A stretch of DNA of 62,879 nt, filler included. It is 6 parts of 6 records of this genome, joined end to end, with 100 filler letters (N's around TTAATTAATTAA, not from the genome) between each part and the next. Parts side by side here need not be neighbours in the genome. Positions count along the whole stretch, not along the records: positions 46,008 to 57,438 come from SRR2962707_1887; positions 57,539 to 62,879 come from SRR2962707_1892; 4 more parts are not named here. One strand, 5' to 3'. Below are positions 52,349 through 61,008 of this stretch, piece by piece; within the stretch, counting starts at the first letter, position 1; each line of letters starts with the position of its first letter. The notes under the pieces are model-generated. The model was not told where the DNA came from. It was given only the letters and a program-made list of their open reading frames with translations, and did no database searches. Position numbers and translations under genes: made by a program.

Positions 52349-54559
52349 ATGGGTGCCGGAAAAATACTATTGGTCGCGCTGATTGTTGTAGCGATGGCTG
52401 TCTTCTGGTTGGCCGGTGGCGCAGAGTGGCTGACGCTCGACAACCTCAAGCAGAACCGGGACGTGCTCGACCAATGGATTGACGCGAATTGGGCATCGGC
52501 AATCGGGGGTTACGCGCTGAGCTATGTCATCGTGACCGCACTCTCGCTGCCCGGAGCCGCGGTCATGACCCTGGCCGGAGGCGCGTTCTTCGGCAACCTC
52601 TACGGTCTGCTTGCGGTGTCCCTGGCCTCGACCGCGGGGGCGTCTGTGGCCTTTCTCATGGCGCGTTACCTGTTTCGGGATACGCTCAGAGCAAAATATC
52701 GAGAGACCGTTGGCCGAATCGACCGAGGCATTGAAAAGGATGGGGCGTTCTATCTGGCGACGCTGCGTCTGGTTCCGGTGTTTCCCTTTTTTCTGATCAA
52801 TCTGGTTATGGGCCTCACGGCCATGAAGCTTCGCACCTATGCGCTGGTAAGCTGGATCGCCATGCTGCCTGGCACGTTTGTGTACGTAAACGCAGGCACT
52901 CAATTGGGTCAGATCGAGTCCACCGGTGACATTGTCTCGGTTGACCTGCTGCTGTCCTTTGCATTGTTGGGTCTCTTTCCCTTGATTGCCAAGTTTGTGG
53001 TGGGCTTTATCCGCCGCCGCAAAGTGTATGCCGGCTGGCAGAAACCCGCACATTTCGACTACAACCTGCTGGTCATTGGCGGAGGCTCTGCTGGTCTCGT
53101 CTCCGCTTACATTGCCGCTGCAGTGAAAGCTAAAGTGGCGCTGATTGAAAAAAACAAGATGGGCGGCGATTGCCTCAATACCGGCTGCGTGCCCTCCAAA
53201 GCCTTGATTCGCAGCGCCAGGGCCGCGGATACGCTGCGCCATGCCAATCGGTACGGGCTGGAATCGGTGCCGGTCAAAGGCTCGTTCAAAAACATCATGA
53301 ACCGCGTCAGGGAGGTGATTGCGAAAGTTGAACCCCACGATTCTCCCGAGCGTTACCGAAAACTGGGTGTGGACTGCATTGCTGGTGAAGCCAGCTTTGT
53401 GTCGCCCTGGGAACTGGAAGTAAGGCACAACGATGGCCGCACCGAGCGCCTCACCGCCCGCAGCATCGTCGTGGCCACTGGTGGCAAGCCGGCGGTACCT
53501 TCAATTCCTGGTCTGGAAGACATGGAGCCGCTGACCTCGGACAACCTGTGGCAACTGGAAGAACAGCCTGACCGTCTGCTGGTGCTCGGCGGTGGCCCGA
53601 TTGGCTCGGAACTGGCTCATGCGTTTGCGCGGCTGGGTAGTCAGGTGACGCAGGTGGAAATGGGTGAGCGCCTGCTGGCGAAAGAGGATGCCGATGTCTC
53701 TGAACTGGTGTTGAAACAGTTTCGGGCAGACGGCGTGGACGTTCGGTTGAAACATTCTGCCGCCGAGTTTCGTATAGAGGAAGGGGAGAAGGTTGCCTAC
53801 TGTAAGCATGAAGCTGAGCGGGTACGCATTCCTTTCGATCAGGTTCTCGTGGCGGTTGGCCGCGCAGCCAACACCGCCGGCCTGAATCTGGAGCGTATTG
53901 GTGTGGAAACCCTGCCAAACGGAACGGTACCGGTGGAAGAGGACATGAGCCTGAGGTACCCGAATGTGTTTGCCTGTGGCGATGTGGCCGGCCCGTACCA
54001 GTTCACTCACGCTGCGGCCCACCAGGCCTGGTACGCGGCCGTTAACGGACTGTTCGGGCAGTTCAGGCGCTTCAAGGTGGATTATCGGGTAATGCCCTGG
54101 GTCACCTTTACCTCGCCGGAAGTGGCCAGGGTTGGGTTGAGTGAGATTGAGGCTAAGGAAAAGGGTGTGGCCTACGAGGTCACTCGTTACGGCCTGGATG
54201 ACCTGGACCGGGCCATTGCCGAAAGCGAGGACAATGGCTTTATCAAGGTGCTGACAGCGCCGGGCAAAGACAAGATTCTTGGCGCTGTGGTGGTGGGCAC
54301 GCACGCCGGGGAAATCCTGGCCGAGTTCACCCTGGCCATGAAACACGGTCTGGGCCTGAACAAGATCCTGGGCACCATTCACCCCTACCCGACCTGGAAC
54401 GAGTCGGCCAAGTACGCGGCCGGTGAATGGAAGCGCTCTCATGCCCCTGAAGGCATTCTGAAGCTGCTGGAGAAGCTCCATGGCTGGCGCCGTGGGAAAA
54501 AGACGAATACACCAAGGAGCCACTATGCCCCTGACCAAAACCCGACCGGCCCGCGCTAA
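52349..54559 (+). CDS. VTT (TVP38/DedA) membrane domain fused to an FAD-dependent pyridine nucleotide-disulfide oxidoreductase
   Basis: ALSLPGAAVMTLAGG and LRLVPVFPFFLIN (VTT); IGGGSAG, GGDCLNTGCVPSK, GGGPIGSE, IHPYPTWNE; ATG 52349 follows GGAG. Confidence 0.9.
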   Translation: MGAGKILLVALIVVAMAVFWLAGGAEWLTLDNLKQNRDVLDQWIDANWASAIGGYALSYVIVTALSLPGAAVMTLAGGAFFGNLYGLLAVSLASTAGASVAFLMARYLFRDTLRAKYRETVGRIDRGIEKDGAFYLATLRLVPVFPFFLINLVMGLTAMKLRTYALVSWIAMLPGTFVYVNAGTQLGQIESTGDIVSVDLLLSFALLGLFPLIAKFVVGFIRRRKVYAGWQKPAHFDYNLLVIGGGSAGLVSAYIAAAVKAKVALIEKNKMGGDCLNTGCVPSKALIRSARAADTLRHANRYGLESVPVKGSFKNIMNRVREVIAKVEPHDSPERYRKLGVDCIAGEASFVSPWELEVRHNDGRTERLTARSIVVATGGKPAVPSIPGLEDMEPLTSDNLWQLEEQPDRLLVLGGGPIGSELAHAFARLGSQVTQVEMGERLLAKEDADVSELVLKQFRADGVDVRLKHSAAEFRIEEGEKVAYCKHEAERVRIPFDQVLVAVGRAANTAGLNLERIGVETLPNGTVPVEEDMSLRYPNVFACGDVAGPYQFTHAAAHQAWYAAVNGLFGQFRRFKVDYRVMPWVTFTSPEVARVGLSEIEAKEKGVAYEVTRYGLDDLDRAIAESEDNGFIKVLTAPGKDKILGAVVVGTHAGEILAEFTLAMKHGLGLNKILGTIHPYPTWNESAKYAAGEWKRSHAPEGILKLLEKLHGWRRGKKTNTPRSHYAPDQNPTGPR

Positions 54560-55496
54560 ACGCATTCCGGCCGTGGAAGTTCTGGAACTCCGGGCCCGTG
54601 ATAGCTGGACCCACACCCGCAACGGTGATCCCCGGGGATACATTGATGCCAACAGGCTAAAAGAGCTGTGGATACACACCGGTACCGCCTGCAACCTGGC
54701 CTGCCCTTTTTGCCTGGAGGGTTCCCATCCCGGTGATGGCCGCATCCCGGGCATGAAGCTCATTGACGTGAAACCGTTTATCCACGAAGCCATTGACATG
54801 GGCGTGGAGCAGTTTTCCTTCACCGGTGGTGAGCCCTTCGTGATCCGGGATTTCGTCAATATCCTGGACTACGCGAGCCAGTACCGCCCCTGCTTTGTGC
54901 TCACCAACGCCACTGAGCCGCTGCACAAGCGCCAGCACCAGGTGCTGCCCTTATTGGATAACCCCTATCCGATCCACTTCCGGGTGAGCCTGGATTTTCC
55001 CGACCGCGCCCGGCATGACAAGGACCGCGGCGAGGGCAGCTTTGATGAGGCCTTGCAGGGCATCCGCTGGCTGATCGAACAGGGTTTCAAGGTATCCATT
55101 GCCCGTCAGACCGATCCGAAGGAAATTCCGGCTGATATCGAAGCCGCGTTCCGTGGAATCTTCCGGGAATGGGGCATTCCGGAGGGCCTGGCGTTCACCG
55201 CGTTTCCGGACCTGGGCACGCCTGGTTCGGAAGATGGCAGCCCGGAGATTACCGAGACCTGCATGGAGAAGTATCCGACGAAGGAATCCCGGTCGCACTT
55301 TATGTGCACCTATACGCGGATGCTGGTGAAGAAGGGCGAACAGGTGCGGGTGTATGCCTGCACGCTGGTGGACGATGATCCGCAGTATGACCTTGGCGGC
55401 ACGCTGGCGGAGAGTATGGACGAGCGGATCATGCTGCGGCATCACCGGTGTTTCTCGTGCTACCGCTTTGGGGCGAGTTGTTCGGCGCCTGCGTAG
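54525..55496 (+). CDS. Radical SAM protein with Cys-rich C-terminus (ArsS-like)
   Basis: TACNLACPFC (CX3CX2C), FTGGEP, LTNA, FMC...VYAC, HHRCFSCYRFGASC; ATG 54525 follows AAGGAG. Confidence 0.88.
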   Translation: MPLTKTRPARAKRIPAVEVLELRARDSWTHTRNGDPRGYIDANRLKELWIHTGTACNLACPFCLEGSHPGDGRIPGMKLIDVKPFIHEAIDMGVEQFSFTGGEPFVIRDFVNILDYASQYRPCFVLTNATEPLHKRQHQVLPLLDNPYPIHFRVSLDFPDRARHDKDRGEGSFDEALQGIRWLIEQGFKVSIARQTDPKEIPADIEAAFRGIFREWGIPEGLAFTAFPDLGTPGSEDGSPEITETCMEKYPTKESRSHFMCTYTRMLVKKGEQVRVYACTLVDDDPQYDLGGTLAESMDERIMLRHHRCFSCYRFGASCSAPA

Positions 55497-55527
55497 ATCC
55501 GTTAAACCGTAAACCAGGAACAAGACA

Positions 55528-56931
55528 ATGAATTTTACCGAAGCATCCCTGTTCTGGGGATTCCTGCTGGTCTACGGCGTGGTTATGTATGCGCTGTCGC
55601 CCAAGAGCAAGAACGCAAACTCTTTTTATAAGGGCGCCGATGATCAGGGCAACCCGGTGGGTCAGTGGTCGCTGACGGCGAGTATTTTTATCAGCTGGAT
55701 CTTTGCCAAGTCGGTGACTAATGCGGCGAATCTGGGGGCGGCTTATGGTGTGGTGGGCGGTCTGGCTTATGCCAGTTACTGGCTGTCCATCCCGGTGGCA
55801 GGCTATGTGATTTACCTGATCCGGACCCAGACCGGGGCCCGGAGTCTGCAGGATTTTCTGACCTCGCGTTTCGGGCGGCTGGCCAGTCTGGCGTTTGCCG
55901 CGGCGGTTCTTATCCGGCTCTATAACGAGGTCTGGAGTAACACCGCGGTGGTGGGCGGTTACTTCGGGTTGCCCGGTGAGTGGGAGTATTACGCGGCGGC
56001 GATGCTGTTTACGGTGTTTACCCTGGCATACAGTCTGAAGGGCGGTCTCTGGTCCTCGATCTTCACCGATGTGATTCAGGCCTTCGTGTTTGTGTTCTTT
56101 GTGGGGGCGGTATTGTTCCTGATCATCCCTGCCAACGACACCAGCGCCCTGTTGACTAATGGTGAGTTCCGGCTCAATGCTGGTTTCGACTTGCTGTTGG
56201 TGGCTCTGTTGCAACTGTTCAGTTATCCATTCCACGATCCGGTGCTGACTGACCGGGGCTTTGTGAACAAGGAAAAGACCATGCTCAAGAGCTTTGTGGT
56301 CGCCGGATTGTTGGGCTTTGTGGCGGTGTTTATTTTCAGTCTGGTGGGCGTTCACGCCCGGCTTAACGGCATTGAGGCCATGGGTAACGCGCCCGCAGCA
56401 GTGGGCCAGTCCCTGGGGCTGGCGGCGTTGTTCTTCATGAGCGTGGTGATGATGACCTCAGCCGGTTCCACTCTCGACTCCACCTTTACCTCACTGGCCA
56501 AGTCCCTTGCTGTGGATCTGCCTCGCCTGGCGCGGCGTGCGTCGGACAAGCTGCCGAGCATGAGAGTGGGGGCCGTGGTGATGGTGATTTTTGCCTTCCT
56601 GGGTAACCTGCCCATGTTCGCCGGTACTGACATCCTCAAGGCGACGACCATCTCGGGCACTATGGTCATGGGGCTGGCGCCGGTTTTCCTGTTCTATGGT
56701 TTTACCCAGTGGTCGCCCTGGAGCTTCCATCTCAGCTTCTGGACCGGGCTTGGTCTTGGTGTTCTGTTGGCGGTGGGCCTCATCCCATCAAGCTGGGCGA
56801 TTGGTGACGGTGCCTATGCGATGTTGCTGGGCGTGAATGCTTACGGTTTCCTGATCTGTACGGTGTGTTTCTTCCTGCCCTTGATGTTAAAGCGTCTGGC
56901 TGGAAAGCCGGTGGCCGCCGAAGGTGCCTGA
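55528..56931 (+). CDS. Sodium:solute symporter (SSS) family transporter
   Basis: About 13 TM segments; SWIFAKSVTNAA, YSLKGGLWSSIFTDVIQ, MMTSAGSTLDS. Confidence 0.88.
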   Translation: MNFTEASLFWGFLLVYGVVMYALSPKSKNANSFYKGADDQGNPVGQWSLTASIFISWIFAKSVTNAANLGAAYGVVGGLAYASYWLSIPVAGYVIYLIRTQTGARSLQDFLTSRFGRLASLAFAAAVLIRLYNEVWSNTAVVGGYFGLPGEWEYYAAAMLFTVFTLAYSLKGGLWSSIFTDVIQAFVFVFFVGAVLFLIIPANDTSALLTNGEFRLNAGFDLLLVALLQLFSYPFHDPVLTDRGFVNKEKTMLKSFVVAGLLGFVAVFIFSLVGVHARLNGIEAMGNAPAAVGQSLGLAALFFMSVVMMTSAGSTLDSTFTSLAKSLAVDLPRLARRASDKLPSMRVGAVVMVIFAFLGNLPMFAGTDILKATTISGTMVMGLAPVFLFYGFTQWSPWSFHLSFWTGLGLGVLLAVGLIPSSWAIGDGAYAMLLGVNAYGFLICTVCFFLPLMLKRLAGKPVAAEGA

Positions 56932-56952
56932 CCAGAACGGAGGGGCCAGATC

Positions 56953-57438
56953 ATGGCTGATACAGAAGGGCGCAGCTGCCCGCTGACATACCGCTACACG
57001 CCAGAGTCTCTTTGCAGAGAGCCGGCGCAGGTTTCTGAGGACGTGCTGTACATCGTCGGTGGTCTTTACGGCAATGCCTTCGCCCTTGATGAAATCGAGG
57101 TCATGGTGCGCGCAGAGGAGCGCCATGGCCACCGGGTGAAGCTGGTCTTCAATGGCGATTTCAACTGGTTTAACGCTGACGACGCTTTGTTCCGGGAGAT
57201 CAACAGCCGGATCCTGGACCACACAGCAATTCTCGGCAACGTGGATTATGAGCTCTCGGTCCCCAATGCCGGCGCTGGCTGTGGCTGCGCTTACCCGGAG
57301 TATGTGGATCAGGGAGTGGTGGAGCGGTCCAATCAGATGATGGGGCGGCTGCAGGTGGTGGCGGACCGACACCCCGATATTCAAAAGAAACTCTCATTAT
57401 TGCCACGATACCGTTGCCTGATATTTGGAGGCCTAAAG
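56953..57438 (+). CDS. Atypical calcineurin-like metallophosphoesterase-fold protein, 3'-truncated
   Basis: YIVGGLYGN, VFNGDF and ILGNVD occupy the positions of the DxH, GD and GNH motifs; GCGCAYP; GGAGGG RBS. Confidence 0.6.
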
Positions 57439-57538
57439 NNNNNNNNNNNNNNNNNNNNNNNNNNNNNNNNNNNNNNNNNNNNTTAATTAATTAANNNNNN
57501 NNNNNNNNNNNNNNNNNNNNNNNNNNNNNNNNNNNNNN
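57439..57538. other. Artificial contig spacer
   Basis: N44-TTAATTAATTAA-N44. Confidence 0.99.
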
Positions 57539-57734
57539 GGGCCTTGGTGGTCGACTTGATGTGCCAGGGAATCAGAGTCATTCCCAGCGCCGCGGCCATT
57601 TCCTCCGCCAGCAGGGTTTTACCGGTGCCGGGTTCACCCTTGATCAACAACGGACGCTGCAGCGCGATCGCTGCATTGACTGCCATTTGCAGGTCATCGG
57701 TGGCTACGTATTTATCGGTGCCGGTAAACTTCAT
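57539..57734 (-). CDS. MoxR-family AAA ATPase, 5' fragment
   Basis: MKFTGTDKYVAT...RPLLIKGEPGTGKT...WHIKSTTKA. Confidence 0.9.
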
Positions 57735-57752
57735 GTGTCTGATTCCTGTTGG

Positions 57753-59888
57753 TTACTTTTTCGGATTCTCTTTCTTGTCCGCCGGTTTGGATTTTTCGTC
57801 CTCCGGAGACTCTTCATCATAATCGGGCAAATCGTCGAATTCGGAGAGGTCGAAGTCTTCCAGACCAAACTCGTCCTCATCAATGTCGAACTCCGACTCG
57901 CTGATCTCATCAGCTTCAGAAGGATCTGGCTCCGCCTCGGCGCCAACCGTATCGTCTGCCAAGGGGATGTCATCCTCTTCCGGTTCCAGTTCAGCCGATG
58001 GCAGCTCTTCCGTTACTTCGGGTACGGCCTCATCCGGAATCTCGTCCGGTTCGCTGTCAGCTTGCGAGAGTTCCGGAATGTCTTCAGGTTCCGGCTCTTC
58101 GGCAGACGCCAGCTCTGGCTCTTTTTCCGGGACAGGTTCAGGTTCAGCCTCCGCTTCCACCGACTCTGACGCTGCCGGAGGCTCCGGCTCAACCACTGGT
58201 GGCTCCTCAGATTCTTCAGCCAGGTCTTCCAGGGTTTCACGCTCAGCCGCTGCCGCCTGCTCCTGTTCTGCCCTCGCTTTTTTCTGACGCCATGCAAACA
58301 AACCAAGGCCCACGATAGCAACCAGCAAGGCTGCGCCAGCACCCCAGGCCCAAACCGGGATACCCAGAAGGGTACCCTTCTCCGGCTCCGTGTCAGCGAT
58401 CGGCTGTTCGACCGGCGCTTCGGGCTCCGGCTCAACGACCGATGCTGGCTCTGGCTCTGGTTCCGGCTCAGATTCCTGAACCGGGGCTTCGACCGGAGGC
58501 TCAGCTTCCACTGGCGGCTCCGGTTCTGAAGAGTTGGCTCCGCCATCAAAATCCGGCAGCGGTTCCGCCTGTTCAGACAGGTCTGGCACCATGGGTTCGG
58601 TCACCACCTCCAGAGGTGGCTCTTCCCCTGGCACGGTAAACGTCGTCATGGCGCTGAATTTGCGGGAGAAAGTTCCGCCATCCGCCACCACATCAACCTG
58701 ATAGCGGCCAGGTGCAGGCAATCTGGGTACGGTGTCCCGATATACGCCGTCTTCCGGCGGGGTATCGGGAGACAAAACCTTGGTACCTTGCCGACCATCA
58801 CTCGCGGTTATCGACAGGCTAACGTCCATGACCGAGAGAAAGTCTGAATCGGTAATCTTTTCGGCTTCCTCAAAAAAAGCCACTTCAATGGCCAGAGGCT
58901 GCTCTTCGGTAAACTCAGCGGGAATCGGATTCACGGCCATGCGCAGATCACTGACCACCGTCACGCGGCTCCCCTGGCCAAGATCGCCAACGATACGCCA
59001 GCGGCCCGAGACCGGTTCAGTAACGGTGATCAGATCATAGCCCGGCTCAGATGCCCAACGGACATTATCCGGAGCGCTCTCCCGGGTGAACGGCTCACCA
59101 CCAGGCTGTGCAAGTGCCAACGGCTCTTCGCCAGAAGCATCCTGTCCTGAGAAGATCAGTGCCGTAAACTCGCTGATGCCATCATCAACGGCAAAGCCAT
59201 CGCCCTCAATGGGAACCTGTTCCTGCGGCACTGCGGTATTCAGCGCATTGGCAAACGCCAGATTCAACGCCTCGGCAGATTGCGCCAGCTGGAAACTGCC
59301 ACCGGTTTCCCGGGCCAGGTTACGAAGAAACCGGATGTCCGCTTTCTCAGACAGACCAACCGTATGAATCGTGGCGCCCTTGTCTTTCAGCGCTGGCAAC
59401 AAGGAATCGACTATGCGTTTTTCCTCAGCCTGACTTGCGTCGTCACCGCCTGGCACGTCGACCTTGCCATCGCTGAGGACAATAAGATGGGTGTTCTCGA
59501 GGGTACCGCCAGACAACCAGTCGTTGGCGGCTTTCTCCATCGCCAAACCGAGGTTCGTATGCAGAGCTACCGAATTGATCTGCTCGGAACGCTCAATAGC
59601 AGTGTCGCGCCAGGACTGGTCAACCACACCGTAGGGCACCAGCATGTTAACGTACTGCCCGAAAGTCCAGAGACCGGCACTGGCACCTTCCGGCAATGTC
59701 CGGGCCAGCAGACGAACCGCTGGGCGGCGGAGATTCTGTGGATCGGTTTCCTTCATGGAGCCGGAAATATCCACCACAATGCGCACATCTGCATTGCCGG
59801 GCAGAGACAGTGCCGGGTCCTGCGCACATACTTGCCAAGAAATCAGCAGCAAAGCTGCAGCCACCCAAATGCGTTTGAACCCGTTCAT
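57753..59888 (-). CDS. Exported, membrane-anchored VWA-domain protein with acidic tail
   Basis: Signal peptide, MIDAS motif DISGSM, IVLSDGKVD, Glu/Pro-rich linker, TM segment (WAWGAGAALLVAIVGLGLFAW), Asp/Glu-rich C-terminus. Confidence 0.85.
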   Translation of the reverse strand: MNGFKRIWVAAALLLISWQVCAQDPALSLPGNADVRIVVDISGSMKETDPQNLRRPAVRLLARTLPEGASAGLWTFGQYVNMLVPYGVVDQSWRDTAIERSEQINSVALHTNLGLAMEKAANDWLSGGTLENTHLIVLSDGKVDVPGGDDASQAEEKRIVDSLLPALKDKGATIHTVGLSEKADIRFLRNLARETGGSFQLAQSAEALNLAFANALNTAVPQEQVPIEGDGFAVDDGISEFTALIFSGQDASGEEPLALAQPGGEPFTRESAPDNVRWASEPGYDLITVTEPVSGRWRIVGDLGQGSRVTVVSDLRMAVNPIPAEFTEEQPLAIEVAFFEEAEKITDSDFLSVMDVSLSITASDGRQGTKVLSPDTPPEDGVYRDTVPRLPAPGRYQVDVVADGGTFSRKFSAMTTFTVPGEEPPLEVVTEPMVPDLSEQAEPLPDFDGGANSSEPEPPVEAEPPVEAPVQESEPEPEPEPASVVEPEPEAPVEQPIADTEPEKGTLLGIPVWAWGAGAALLVAIVGLGLFAWRQKKARAEQEQAAAAERETLEDLAEESEEPPVVEPEPPAASESVEAEAEPEPVPEKEPELASAEEPEPEDIPELSQADSEPDEIPDEAVPEVTEELPSAELEPEEDDIPLADDTVGAEAEPDPSEADEISESEFDIDEDEFGLEDFDLSEFDDLPDYDEESPEDEKSKPADKKENPKK

Positions 59889-59927
59889 TGAACTGCGCCC
59901 TTATCTTTTGTAGTTCTCAGAAATCGT

Positions 59928-60272
59928 CTATTTGCGAACCAGTCGGTACCGAACCAGATCAAGTATCCATACCAGTAGCATAACAATCGCGGCGATGCTG
60001 AAATTGAACAGCGCGCGACCGGCGGCATCGGTATCGCCAAGAATCAGCTCATAGCCCGCAAACAGCCAAGCCGGTATCCACCAGCCGGCCACGTCTGGCG
60101 ATTCCACGGGGGTCAGCACCAGCACCACAAGCGCAGACAAAAGCAGTGTCCGCAGACCGTAAAAGGGCAATACCCGGAACAGTGATTTCATCATGTAGAA
60201 AAACACAACGAAAGCGACTGCATAGGACGCCCAGAAAACTCCATAAGCGAGTGAAGCGTCTGTATCCATCAT
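59928..60272 (-). CDS. Small membrane hypothetical protein
   Basis: Three to four hydrophobic segments; start ATG overlaps the ycgN stop (TAATG). Confidence 0.7.
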   Translation of the reverse strand: MMDTDASLAYGVFWASYAVAFVVFFYMMKSLFRVLPFYGLRTLLLSALVVLVLTPVESPDVAGWWIPAWLFAGYELILGDTDAAGRALFNFSIAAIVMLLVWILDLVRYRLVRK

Positions 60273-60718
60273 TACAGAATCCAGTGAATAATGTGTTCTT
60301 CCCAATCCTCTTCCGGCACAGAATCTTCCGACACCACGTTTCCCCGCACCGAAACACGGGCTTGATGAACGGTATCAGGATCTCCGCTGCGAAGCGGGTG
60401 CCAGTCCGGCAGAGGCCTTCCCTCGGCGAGGGTCCGGTACGCACAGGTGTATGGTAACCAGTGGTAGCTGAGAACCGTATCGGCGTTCAGTACCGTACAC
60501 CCCGGTACCTTTTTCAATCGTTGCTCATAGACCGTACAGCCACAGGTATCCAGGTCCATGTAACGGCATACAAGATCGGTGTGATACACCTCCCCCGTAT
60601 CCTCATCCTCCAGCTTTTGTAAGCAGCACTTACCGCAGCCATCACACAGGGACTCCCATTCCGGCTGCGTCATATCCGCCAGTCGTTTGCGCTGCCAGAA
60701 AGGAATCTGCGCAATCAT
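60272..60718 (-). CDS. ycgN: YcgN-family cysteine-cluster protein
   Basis: EWESLCDGCGKCCLQKLEDED, WLPYTCAYR, WHPL. Confidence 0.92.
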   Translation of the reverse strand: MIAQIPFWQRKRLADMTQPEWESLCDGCGKCCLQKLEDEDTGEVYHTDLVCRYMDLDTCGCTVYEQRLKKVPGCTVLNADTVLSYHWLPYTCAYRTLAEGRPLPDWHPLRSGDPDTVHQARVSVRGNVVSEDSVPEEDWEEHIIHWIL

Positions 60719-61008
60719 TTCCGGTGTTGCTCAATCTTGCGCTTGAAGTCGACTATGTAGGTGTCCTGCTCTTCCGGCATCTGCAGGAAAAAGTCCTTTT
60801 CCTCAATTGCCGCCAACACTTCCTTTCCGGTTGCGCGCGCGAGCTTCTTGTCTGGCGTCAGCAGCAGATCCATCGAGTGGATGGGCGAACCAAAGATACC
60901 TCTCAGCGCCTCCGGTAAATCGTCCCACTTTTGCCCTCGGCGGACAAAGAGATAGGTGTCGCCTTTCTTGCTACTGCGAAACACCGATACAAATTCGCGT
61001 TCAGTCAT
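60715..61008 (-). CDS. ycgL: YcgL-domain protein
   Basis: VFRSSKKGDTYLFV, LPEAL, KKLARA, FFLQMP. Confidence 0.9.
   Translation of the reverse strand: MTEREFVSVFRSSKKGDTYLFVRRGQKWDDLPEALRGIFGSPIHSMDLLLTPDKKLARATGKEVLAAIEEKDFFLQMPEEQDTYIVDFKRKIEQHRK

Noticed and set aside
52349-54559. Mercuric reductase MerA call
   Set aside because: No C-terminal Cys-Cys pair, no HMA domain and no mer genes nearby.
54525-57438. Selenocysteine read-through in the radical SAM operon
   Set aside because: No in-frame UGA interrupts a Cys motif. The radical SAM gene ends in TAG, and the symporter TGA falls at a natural C-terminus.
57731-57973. 80-aa alternative-frame ORF ending at the moxR start
   Set aside because: It is nested in the low-complexity tail of the VWA gene and has no motif support.
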